Source of the DNA: an uncultured Mycoplasmatota bacterium | Lineage (GTDB): Bacteria > Bacillota_I > Bacilli_A > RF39 > UBA660 | Length of the DNA stretch: 56,208 bases | Direction of reading: 5' to 3' | Assembly: GCA_948466735.1 (NCBI GenBank) | Contig: CAOKBR010000003.1 | Span: 1-56,208 of the forward strand | Shown here: one piece after another, positions 1-9,247 of the stretch | How positions within the stretch are numbered: the stretch's first letter is position 1 | How the letters are laid out: every line of letters starts with the position of its first letter | Made by a program: the position numbers and the translations under genes | The notes under the pieces: model-generated | Databases searched by the model: none | What the model was told of the DNA's origin: nothing | What the model saw: the letters and a program-made list of their open reading frames with translations, nothing else

Positions 1-139
<139 letters not shown>

Positions 140-166
140 TTATCATCTCCCTTTTTCTAATTTTTC

Positions 167-211
167 AAAAAAAGAGAAGTAAAGGTACTACAAACTAATA
201 CTTTTACTTCT
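167..211 (-). terminator. Intrinsic terminator in the recombinase leader
   Basis: GAGAAGTAAAAGTA...TACCTTTACTTCTC followed by a T-run on the minus strand. Confidence 0.65.
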
Positions 212-291
212 CAAAATAAGTCTTTGTAAATCAATTACATAATACAACATTTTTCTTATTTTGTCTATTACCCATTTGTAGGGAATAAGTA

Positions 292-576
292 TTAGTTCAT
301 AGTTTTTATGTAGTTTTCTAATTCTGATATTTTAATCTTCTTACTTAAATTATTGATATAGATTTCATTTGAATAATTAAAGGCAAGAAACATTACATTA
401 TTGATAATTATTCTATGAGGTTCTATGTAGTTTAAGTTTGTCTTATCAATATTCCTTATACTACCATTAATAATTGTTGGAGTAGTGTTACAAAAATCAC
501 ATATTATTTCTAATCTTTTCCTTAAAGATTCCTCCATATCAATTTCTTTTTTGATTACTTTAATCATAGACACCAA
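292..576 (-). CDS. Hypothetical protein (element-associated)
   Basis: 94-aa ORF, no recognised motif. Confidence 0.6.
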   Translation of the reverse strand: MVSMIKVIKKEIDMEESLRKRLEIICDFCNTTPTIINGSIRNIDKTNLNYIEPHRIIINNVMFLAFNYSNEIYINNLSKKIKISELENYIKTMN

Positions 577-602
577 CCTTTCTATGATTTTTTCTTAAAA
601 CG

Positions 603-628
603 AAAAAACCAATCATTTCTGATTGATT
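603..628 (-). terminator. Intrinsic terminator downstream of tRNA-Thr
   Basis: AATCAATCA-GAAA-TGATTGGTT then TTTT. Confidence 0.7.
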
Positions 629-668
629 CTATATCTAAAAGTTCGAATAGTTCGAACAGATTTCCCAA

Positions 669-742
669 TGGTGCTGAATGACTGAATTGAACAGTCCTCT
701 GATGCTTACCATGCATCTGTTTTACCACTAAACTAAATCAGC
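669..742 (-). tRNA. tRNA-Thr(GGT)
   Basis: Cloverleaf: anticodon arm GATGC-ATGGTAA-GCATC, T arm GACTG-TTCAATT-CAGTC, encoded CCA; one T-T mismatch in the acceptor stem. Confidence 0.93.
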
Positions 743-881
743 AAATGTAATTCCATAATCATATTAACATAGAAATACTAAAAAATCTACCCTTTCACCT
801 AATAAATTTTACCATTTAAGAATTTTCTTATGATTTGTTTTACTTATTGAAAAAAACGTGATATAATACAAGGCAACCGAG

Positions 882-1613
882 GTGAAACAGGTGAAAGTTG
901 AACAATTAAAAGGATTAGTAATCGCCCATCGTGGGTTGCATCAAGCGAAAAAAGGAATACCTGAAAACTCTATTATAGCATTTGATATGGCGATGAAATA
1001 TAAATTCCCAATCGAATTAGATATTCAATTACTAAAAGATGGTACCCCCATTATTTTTCATGATGACAATCTTTTTCGACTAACTAATGTAAACAAAAAT
1101 GTTGAAGACTGTAATTTATCTTCGATTAAAGATCTTTTTCTATTAGATACCAATGAAAAAATTCCCACTTTAGAAGAAGTCTTAAAACGAATTGATGGTA
1201 AGGTTGTTCTTGTTTTAGAAATTAAATATAATAAAAATTGTTTTAAATACCTTGATCAAATAATTTCTCTACTTGAAGAGTATCCTCATCCTTTTGTTCT
1301 TGAATCATTTCATCCTCGAGTAATTCTTTATTTAAAAAAACATTGTCCAAACTTTTTACGAGGACAATTAATTAGTAATTATCAAGGACAACCCTTTTAT
1401 AAGAAATGGTTTATGCAAAGTATGATTTATAATAGTCTTACAAAACCTCACTTTTTATGTGTTGAACAATCTTTTTTACCAAATAAAATTGTAAGACATT
1501 ATCAGCAAAAAGGTCTACCTATCATTGCGTATACGATTCGTAGCGAAAAAGAATTAAAACAAGCAAAAAGATACGCTGATAGTTTTATTTGCGAAAAAAT
1601 AGGAAAACAATAA
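882..1613 (+). CDS. Glycerophosphodiester phosphodiesterase family protein
   Basis: IAHRG, PENS, ELDIQLLKDG, FHD motifs. Confidence 0.92.
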   Translation: MKQVKVEQLKGLVIAHRGLHQAKKGIPENSIIAFDMAMKYKFPIELDIQLLKDGTPIIFHDDNLFRLTNVNKNVEDCNLSSIKDLFLLDTNEKIPTLEEVLKRIDGKVVLVLEIKYNKNCFKYLDQIISLLEEYPHPFVLESFHPRVILYLKKHCPNFLRGQLISNYQGQPFYKKWFMQSMIYNSLTKPHFLCVEQSFLPNKIVRHYQQKGLPIIAYTIRSEKELKQAKRYADSFICEKIGKQ

Positions 1614-1616
1614 TAC

Positions 1617-2651
1617 TTAGTTTTCTAAAATCCAATCAACAATTTTTTTGAAAGCGCTTGGAATAGCGTAATCATTAAGTAACATGGTTTTATTTATCCA
1701 TTGATAAGAAGATGCTATCTTCTTTTTTAAGGAAACAAAATATACTTGTACTTGCCAAACACGATGGGTAAATACATGTTGATAAGGAAATAATTCTTGA
1801 ATATTTACTACACTTTCTTTATCGAAAAGCTCCTCCACTTCTATTTTAGATAAAGTTCCTTCAACATTTGGAAACTGCCATAAGTCTCCAAGAATTCCCT
1901 TGCTCTTTCGTTTTTCTATCGCATACTCTTCTTGCACATTAAAAATAAATATTGTATATTGCTCTATTTTCTTATTGGTTTTCTTTGCTTTAATAGGAAC
2001 TTCTAACATTTTGTTTTTAGAATATGCTTGACAAATATTTGCTAAGGGACAAATTTCACATTTGGGACTACCCTTAGGTAGACAAATATTCTCTCCTAAT
2101 TCCATTAAAGCCTGATTAAAGTCTCCACTTTCTTTAGGAAGTAATTCTAATAAATGCTTTTCTATTTTCCTTTTCACTTTAATATCATCTATCGGATCAT
2201 AATTTAAATATACTCTAGAGTATACTCTTAAAACATTTCCATCAATGGCAACAACTTTTAAGGAAAAACAAATCGACCCAATAGCACCTAAGGTGTACTC
2301 TCCAATTCCTGGTAAAGATAAAATTTCTTCTTCCTTTCTAGGAAACTCTCCATGATACTTATCCATAATCATCATTGCTGCTTTTTTCAAATTTCTAGCA
2401 CGATTATAGTATCCCAACCCTTCCCATAATTTGAATAATTCATCTATAGAAACATTTGCCAAGTCTTCTATTGTAGGTAATTTTTCCATAAAACGTAGGT
2501 AATATGACTTTACTGCTTCAATTCTTGTTTGTTGTAACATAATTTCGGATATCCACACATGATATGGATCTTTATCTACACGCCAAGGAAGCATTTTTTT
2601 ATTTTTTTGGTACCATTTTAATAATTTTTGTGTAGGAAAATTCTCTTGCAT
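1617..2651 (-). CDS. mutY: A/G-specific adenine glycosylase
   Basis: WISEIMLQQT, WEGLGYYNRARN, HhH LPGIGEYT, 4Fe-4S CxxxxxxCxxCxxxxxC. Confidence 0.96.
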   Translation of the reverse strand: MQENFPTQKLLKWYQKNKKMLPWRVDKDPYHVWISEIMLQQTRIEAVKSYYLRFMEKLPTIEDLANVSIDELFKLWEGLGYYNRARNLKKAAMMIMDKYHGEFPRKEEEILSLPGIGEYTLGAIGSICFSLKVVAIDGNVLRVYSRVYLNYDPIDDIKVKRKIEKHLLELLPKESGDFNQALMELGENICLPKGSPKCEICPLANICQAYSKNKMLEVPIKAKKTNKKIEQYTIFIFNVQEEYAIEKRKSKGILGDLWQFPNVEGTLSKIEVEELFDKESVVNIQELFPYQHVFTHRVWQVQVYFVSLKKKIASSYQWINKTMLLNDYAIPSAFKKIVDWILEN

Positions 2652-2747
2652 CTATACTTCACCTTTTTTATTTTAACAAGAAAGTAAAAAAAAGGAAATA
2701 GAAAAAAGACGATGAATAAATTTTTCTATTCTCGCCCTTTTTAATGA

Positions 2748-3575
2748 TTAGATTTTTTTACAAAGATAAAAGATTACTCCACCGATGATAACTACTGCTA
2801 AAGTACCACCGATAACCATTGGGAAAACTCCTGTTTTTTCATCTTCCTCTACGGTATTAGAATATTGATCATCTTTTTTATCATCTGTAGATGGTTTATT
2901 AACGTTTGATGAATCATCCCCAGGCTTTATAGTTGAATCATTATCTTTTTCATCGTCTTCATCTTGATTAGCATTTGAATGGTTTGAATCATTAGATGGC
3001 TTTTGTTCTCCACCTGGTAAATTACCTGATGGATTACTTGGTGTTTTATCTTGATCGGTTGATGGATTTTGATTATCATCTTTATCATCATCTACAATAG
3101 GAGTTGTATTATAAACAAATTCTTGATGTTCAATGGTAGATACATCACTTTCTTCACTTGCTTGATAATCCATATTAGAAACATTTAACTTATTGATTTT
3201 TACATCGTATAAAGTATTATCTTTATCCGCTTTTACTTTAAGTATTCCAATATGTACTGTACCATCACTGCTAACTAAGTTTTTACTAGCATCTCCTGTT
3301 GCTATGTAAATTCTAATGATATTATCTTGATAAGTATATTTTTTTACATACTCACTAGCTAAAGACTCATCCCAGTTAATTTGTTCTAATTTAACATCTC
3401 CGCTAAGTTCAATGGTTACATCTAAAGCATTAAGGTATCCTGTATCAGTAGATAATTTTATTTCTACTTCCCCATTTGCTTTTGATTCACAATGTAAGGT
3501 AGAAGCCATAGCATCTATCGTTCCATTAAGGAATAATGCTATAGCAACTACAATGGTTAATATTATTTTCTTCAT
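2748..3575 (-). CDS. Membrane/wall-anchored protein with a cohesin-like domain
   Basis: Signal peptide, ~130-aa beta-rich domain with cohesin-like pattern, D/N/P/S-rich linker, EKTG plus TM helix plus KK tail; ATGA overlap with upstream gene. Confidence 0.65.
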   Translation of the reverse strand: MKKIILTIVVAIALFLNGTIDAMASTLHCESKANGEVEIKLSTDTGYLNALDVTIELSGDVKLEQINWDESLASEYVKKYTYQDNIIRIYIATGDASKNLVSSDGTVHIGILKVKADKDNTLYDVKINKLNVSNMDYQASEESDVSTIEHQEFVYNTTPIVDDDKDDNQNPSTDQDKTPSNPSGNLPGGEQKPSNDSNHSNANQDEDDEKDNDSTIKPGDDSSNVNKPSTDDKKDDQYSNTVEEDEKTGVFPMVIGGTLAVVIIGGVIFYLCKKI

Positions 3576-6500
3576 CTTGCCTCTCCTTTAGTTGTATCAA
3601 TGATTTGCATTAATGGTAACTCTTCAATACTTGGTAAGTTGTGTATAGCAAGTGATGTACTAGTTAGACGTTGACCTTCATTCGTTAAGGCATCATCTAC
3701 TCGATATAACTCTGCGCGAATCGTTTTTCCTTGCATTTTTTGATATTGTTCTACTGTTACAACATAGAACCAATAACCTGATGCAATTTCATTAACTTCA
3801 TGATTACTATTTAACTTAGCAAATAGGAAGTTTTCTCCACTAAATACGCTATCTTCAATATTTTCATCATCACTTTGATAATTAGCATCTACTAATAACA
3901 TAGCATTAAATGCTGGATGACCACGGTATTCACCTTTAAATACGATGGAACCTTTTTTAATAACAGCATCATTTCCATTACTATCTAAGTAATGATAATC
4001 ATTTTCTAAAATGCCAATGGTATCTTTTGATAGTTCCACATTATCCCCAGGAGGTGCGATTACATCAAATTCGCTACCAGAAATTCCACTATTGCCAATT
4101 GCTTCAATTTTAATATAAGAAATATCACTATAAGTCCATAATTGATCTTTGCCTGTTGTTCCTTCTTTATCAAAGTATACAATATTACTAAATTGGTTAT
4201 CTTTATTTAATTTGAATGTTCCAGTTTTTGCTAAAATCCAATCTTCACGATTCTTACTAACATAAATGTTATATTTTTGAATGGCATTATCTAATAATTT
4301 TCCATTCTCACTAGCTGCTTGATACTTAATACCAGAAACATCTAATTTAGAATTTAAATCAATGATAACATAAGGATTAGTTTTATCTTTTAGATTAATT
4401 CTAGTTGTTCCATTAAAGATAGTATCTAATTGATTATCAATTAGCTGATTTATTTTAAGTTTAGCTGTATCCATATCAGGATCTTCTACATCGACAATTT
4501 CATCATTTTCCTTAAAGTTAGAAGTAATGCTAAAGTGATCTTTTTTAACACTTCCATCATGAGATACTTTTACTTCATCTAAGGTAGCGGTATTTGTTTT
4601 ATTTAGATATTTATCATATGCTGTAACTTCATAAGTAATCGCTTGATTATTCATAGAACCAATGATATCCGTAAACTCATTTTCAGTAGTAAACATAATA
4701 ACTACACCATTACGTTTAATTTCATATCCTAAAATAGTATCTTTACTCTTATCAACATCAAAAGTTAAGGTATAACGTTTATTTTGATTATCGGCCAAAA
4801 TTAAATTAGCACTTACCATCGTTGTATTATCCATAGCACTACCTTGGTTTAGACGATAACGTCTAGCATCATCATTCAAATACCAAATAGGGCGACTTTC
4901 TTTTTCTAAGTTCAAGCTAGCAATGTATTCAATTGCTTTATCACTAGGAGTTAATCCCCATTTTTGGAAGAACTCTGTTAAATCGTATCCTGCTGCTTGG
5001 CTAGCTAAGATAATTAATAACTCATCTTTTGTATAACCAGTTAATGTATTTCGTCTACTAAGACGGTTAATTTTAGCATAAATAGAGTCAACATCATCTA
5101 CTGTTTTATTATTATCATATGCTAAATGTAATTGCCAGTACATTCCAAGATTTACGAAGACATCGCTTCCTTTACCAAAGGTATTAGAGGTTACTTTTTG
5201 ATAAATTTTATGATATCTATCTTCAATTCTTGCTTTAGCTATATCATCATTTGTTTGTGCCAATAATGAGTAAACGTTATTAGTAACCTCAGCATAAGAT
5301 AAGTTTGCTTGATTAATTTGATGTCCAATTTCATGACTAATTCCCCAACCAAAGTATCCAGTTGTTCTTAATGTACCATCAATAACTTCGTTAGGTCTAC
5401 CTTGCATTAATCCAGCAATAGAACCATATTCAATACCAATATGATCACCTGATGCATACATAAATGCTCCATCAAACATTCTCATTAAGCGAATGTTAAT
5501 TCTTGATGATGGCGTTTTATCTTTAGGATCACTAGCATTTTCTGATAATCCTTTATGACGATAGAATAAATTCATCATTTCTTCAAAAGCTACTAATGAA
5601 CGATATAATCTCTCATTCATTTCTTCACTTCCACTTGCTCCAGCACGAATTCCATCATATGCAGCAGTAGCAGCAACAGAGAATAATCCATTTTTAGTAA
5701 CAATTTCAGTTGAATTTAATACACTAAGTTTACGATCAAAAGTCATTCCTTCTTCTTGATACATACTAGGTAGGTTTTCTACATAAGTTTTTAACTGTTC
5801 AATGTATGTAGATATAGCATTTTTAATTTCAATTTCATCGCTTAACTGGTGAATATCTAAAACAGGTATTTTTACTCCACCACTTACTCGAACTTTAATT
5901 TCTTTGTCAGCTGTTGCTTTTGGATAGCGAATATAAATTGATCCACCACGTTCTGTAGCCATTGTACCAATTTGGGGAACATCAATAATATTTTGCCCTT
6001 TTTTAAGATTTACTACAACTTGTTTCCAAGTCGATGCTTCAGCGTAATACTGAGTAAATACTAACTGTGGTAAGGTATTTCCTTTTGTTCCTACATAAAT
6101 GGTAATTTGATCTTTTGCTCGTACAGCTACTCCTAAAGGTTGTAAATCACTAAGTGGTGAGAAACCCAAATGAGTATTTTTAGTCGTTGAAATATTTTGA
6201 TCAACTATAATAGCATCTTGAATGGCTGTATCATTTAATATTTTTTTAGCGTAATCTAACTCGTTTAGTAATGCTGTTTTATTTGGATGATACTCCTTAC
6301 TAACTGGATCAATGGTATTTACTCGCTCTTCTAAGGCATTGATATCATCCATCGTTACGCCTTCTTTTAATTCAACGCGCAAATCATCTAAAAATAAATT
6401 GGCAACATCATCTACTAATGAATCATATTGATAAAATCTAACTTCTCTAATAGCAATATTTCCGCTAGCAGAGTAATTGGCCAAATTAATTTGAATTTGA

Positions 6501-8713
6501 TTCGTCGTAATTTTATTAAAATCTAGTCGATAATACCTTTGTCCATTTGGACTAGTAAGTGCTTTAATACTTGTTGAAATTTTCTTAGATATTCCATTTT
6601 CTAAATAATTAATTTTTGAATAGAAGAATGCTGCTTGATCATCCTTTGGTACGATAAAGATATGATCAATTGTATATTCATCATCAAAGTTAAAAATAGG
6701 TCCATTATTGAAAGCGTTATATCCTCCTAAATCCCAAGTATTTGCTTGATAATAAGAATTAAAATCATTATCCACTAAAGCAAATTCACTAGCTTGATTA
6801 CTATTTACTTTATATTGAATAGAAGTAATATGATTACTTGGTACTCCAGTTCCATTTGAGGTATTTAATAAAGCATAGTTAACCATATCAGGTAGAGTTT
6901 GTTCTTTTGTAGTGGCTGTTGCTAAAACAGATTTTTCTCCCTCGCCAAGATGATTATTTCCGTTGACATAAACTTCATAAGTTGTTCCTTCAACTAAATC
7001 TCTTAATTGATAACTATTTCCTTTAATATTTTCAATTTTCTTAAATTCTGAATCACCACTTTTACGGTAATAAATATTATAAGAAAGTGTATCTTTCATG
7101 TCTTTATAACTAATGTTAAAACCAGAACTAACAGGAGTCAAGTTAACCATATCAACTCTTGGAGGTAGGCGATTAGGTTCAGGGCTAAAGGAAACACTAT
7201 TACTATAGTTACTCTTCCATTCCCCGTTTACTGCTCTTACACTAACTTGATAATTTTTATAGTTCTTTAATTCTTTTATCACATAGTTTGTATAGGTTGT
7301 TTGATAAATGATATTGGAAACGATTTGCCCATCTTTTAATTCTTGAACTAAGATTTCATAACCAATGACATTACGTAATTGATCAAAGTTTATTTCAGCT
7401 TTTTCACTAGATGTGATAACAGAAATATTTTTAGGAACTTCTATTTCTGGAACAGGGACTTTTTCATAAACATTATTTAAAAATTCCACTTCTGCTATTT
7501 CTGCTAATTTTTTACTAGAAGTTTTTACAATTTTAATTGTTACTTTTTTAACAGCAATTTGCCCATCTAAATCAATAACAATCGTATTATCGTTAGCGGA
7601 ATCTGTAAAAAAGTGAATATTTTCTAGAATCGTTAATTCTTTTTCATAAGTGGTAACATTACCAAATTCATCAGTGATTTCTAAAATGATTGTTTCTGGC
7701 ACGTTTTCACTTTTTGTCCCTAAGCGAAATTGGCTCATTGTAATTGGTTGTTCTAAGTCAAACGACATTACCGCTGGATTCTCTTTAGAGATATCTTTTG
7801 TCTCATCGCTAGGTTTTACACTAACACTATCATTTTTTTGAAGTAAATCACTTACACTTCCGTCGATATTACCAGTAACCGTAATATTTTCGTAGTTCAT
7901 CATAGCACTAGTATCCACAATTTGTAAGTTTTTTGCTTCTCCGTTAATGCTACTAGCAATAATGGCAATATCACTAATATCAATCTTTCCATCACGGTTT
8001 AAATCAAAGGCGCCTACTTTTCCTTTATCTGTGTTATCGATATTTTCAATAATTAAATCGATATCATCCTCATCTACTTTTCCATCTTGGTTGACGTCCC
8101 CTATTTCAAATAAACCTTTTTCATTAGAAATAGATACACGTTTTGCATAATCTTTTAATTCGATATTACTAACGGTATAACTTTTATAACCATTTCCATA
8201 CAACTCGATACTATAAGTTCCTTGCTGTAATTGATAAATGGTAATGGAATAGTATTTTACTTGATCAAGATTTTGTCCATTTAAAACGATTCCTTCTTGA
8301 TCCATTTTTTTAATGGAAAGTTCTCCTTTTTGTTCTCCTAAGGTGTACGATAATGTAGACATCGTAGTAATTCCATTAAAATTAATATTTTGTTCATTAC
8401 CTTGTTCATCTTTTACAATAATTCCCATATTTGGATTTTCTGTATTTTGAATAGGTAAGGCAAATTTTAAATCAATTTCTAAGTTACCTTTTGGAATAAA
8501 TTCATCTACTACATTAGTGGTAACTTGATTATCATTTGTATCATCATTAGGTGTATTTTCTAAATTATTCATCATGGTCACTTTAGGACTTGATGAAGTA
8601 TTATCTAATTGATTTACTGGATTTGACACCGTATTTTTTACATTTAACATAGGTACAACAACAGTGTTAAATAGCATACAACAAGATAATACTAGGCTTA
8701 TGGCCTGTGACAT
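3572..8713 (-). CDS. Secreted M60-like (enhancin) metallopeptidase with dockerin, FN3 and F5/8-type C (CBM32-like) modules
   Basis: GWGISHEIGH..AEVTNN gluzincin motif (HEIGH at 5321-5335); duplicated Ca loops GDVNQDGKVDEDD / DLNRDGKIDISD (~7945-8105); two FN3-like repeats. Confidence 0.9.
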   Translation of the reverse strand: MSQAISLVLSCCMLFNTVVVPMLNVKNTVSNPVNQLDNTSSSPKVTMMNNLENTPNDDTNDNQVTTNVVDEFIPKGNLEIDLKFALPIQNTENPNMGIIVKDEQGNEQNINFNGITTMSTLSYTLGEQKGELSIKKMDQEGIVLNGQNLDQVKYYSITIYQLQQGTYSIELYGNGYKSYTVSNIELKDYAKRVSISNEKGLFEIGDVNQDGKVDEDDIDLIIENIDNTDKGKVGAFDLNRDGKIDISDIAIIASSINGEAKNLQIVDTSAMMNYENITVTGNIDGSVSDLLQKNDSVSVKPSDETKDISKENPAVMSFDLEQPITMSQFRLGTKSENVPETIILEITDEFGNVTTYEKELTILENIHFFTDSANDNTIVIDLDGQIAVKKVTIKIVKTSSKKLAEIAEVEFLNNVYEKVPVPEIEVPKNISVITSSEKAEINFDQLRNVIGYEILVQELKDGQIVSNIIYQTTYTNYVIKELKNYKNYQVSVRAVNGEWKSNYSNSVSFSPEPNRLPPRVDMVNLTPVSSGFNISYKDMKDTLSYNIYYRKSGDSEFKKIENIKGNSYQLRDLVEGTTYEVYVNGNNHLGEGEKSVLATATTKEQTLPDMVNYALLNTSNGTGVPSNHITSIQYKVNSNQASEFALVDNDFNSYYQANTWDLGGYNAFNNGPIFNFDDEYTIDHIFIVPKDDQAAFFYSKINYLENGISKKISTSIKALTSPNGQRYYRLDFNKITTNQIQINLANYSASGNIAIREVRFYQYDSLVDDVANLFLDDLRVELKEGVTMDDINALEERVNTIDPVSKEYHPNKTALLNELDYAKKILNDTAIQDAIIVDQNISTTKNTHLGFSPLSDLQPLGVAVRAKDQITIYVGTKGNTLPQLVFTQYYAEASTWKQVVVNLKKGQNIIDVPQIGTMATERGGSIYIRYPKATADKEIKVRVSGGVKIPVLDIHQLSDEIEIKNAISTYIEQLKTYVENLPSMYQEEGMTFDRKLSVLNSTEIVTKNGLFSVAATAAYDGIRAGASGSEEMNERLYRSLVAFEEMMNLFYRHKGLSENASDPKDKTPSSRINIRLMRMFDGAFMYASGDHIGIEYGSIAGLMQGRPNEVIDGTLRTTGYFGWGISHEIGHQINQANLSYAEVTNNVYSLLAQTNDDIAKARIEDRYHKIYQKVTSNTFGKGSDVFVNLGMYWQLHLAYDNNKTVDDVDSIYAKINRLSRRNTLTGYTKDELLIILASQAAGYDLTEFFQKWGLTPSDKAIEYIASLNLEKESRPIWYLNDDARRYRLNQGSAMDNTTMVSANLILADNQNKRYTLTFDVDKSKDTILGYEIKRNGVVIMFTTENEFTDIIGSMNNQAITYEVTAYDKYLNKTNTATLDEVKVSHDGSVKKDHFSITSNFKENDEIVDVEDPDMDTAKLKINQLIDNQLDTIFNGTTRINLKDKTNPYVIIDLNSKLDVSGIKYQAASENGKLLDNAIQKYNIYVSKNREDWILAKTGTFKLNKDNQFSNIVYFDKEGTTGKDQLWTYSDISYIKIEAIGNSGISGSEFDVIAPPGDNVELSKDTIGILENDYHYLDSNGNDAVIKKGSIVFKGEYRGHPAFNAMLLVDANYQSDDENIEDSVFSGENFLFAKLNSNHEVNEIASGYWFYVVTVEQYQKMQGKTIRAELYRVDDALTNEGQRLTSTSLAIHNLPSIEELPLMQIIDTTKGEAR

Positions 8714-8885
8714 ATCTATCCTCTCCTACTTATAAATATTCATTTATAGGATAACACATTTATCCTACATTTTTCAACAAATTTCAAAAGAAAATTACCC
8801 ATTAACAATTTATTAACAAACAGAAAAAATGATACTTATTTTGTACCATTTCTTCAATTGCCTTTCATTATAAGAAAAACCATAG

Positions 8886-8962
8886 TGGTGCCCATGATAG
8901 GATTTGAACCTACTACCTATAGCGTCGGAGGCCATCGCTCTATCCAAGTGAGCTACATGGGC
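8886..8962 (-). tRNA. tRNA-Arg(CCG)
   Basis: GCCCATG/CATGGGC acceptor stem, loop CTCCGAC, A20 Arg identity element, encoded CCA. Confidence 0.93.
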
Positions 8963-8988
8963 ATACAATAATCATACCATAAAACAGA

Positions 8989-9011
8989 AAAAAGAGCAAT
9001 TTGCTCTTTTT
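8989..9011. terminator. Palindromic (possibly bidirectional) terminator
   Basis: AAAAAGAGCAA-T-TTGCTCTTTTT. Confidence 0.6.
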
Positions 9012-9171
9012 ACATCATACTTTCGATATTATGTTCAGCCTGTTTTGTCATTTTACCGACTGCTCTTTTAATATCTTGAGTCGCAGATGGGTTATATTTT
9101 TTATACATTGTCCATGCACCATAACCCGCTGCTGCCGTTAAGGCTAAGCCTAATCCGGTTTTAAGTTTCAT
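9010..9171 (-). CDS. Small 53-aa membrane-anchored protein (not in ORF track)
   Basis: GAGGTG RBS; MKLKTGLGLALTAAAGYGAWTMYKKYNPSATQDIKRAVGKMTKQAEHNIESMM; terminator right after stop. Confidence 0.75.
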   Translation of the reverse strand: MKLKTGLGLALTAAAGYGAWTMYKKYNPSATQDIKRAVGKMTKQAEHNIESMM

Positions 9172-9247
9172 TTACAATCACCTCTTGACTCTTGATTTGA
9201 AAATATGATTGATACAATTAATCTTGTATCATTTTTAGTATGACCAA

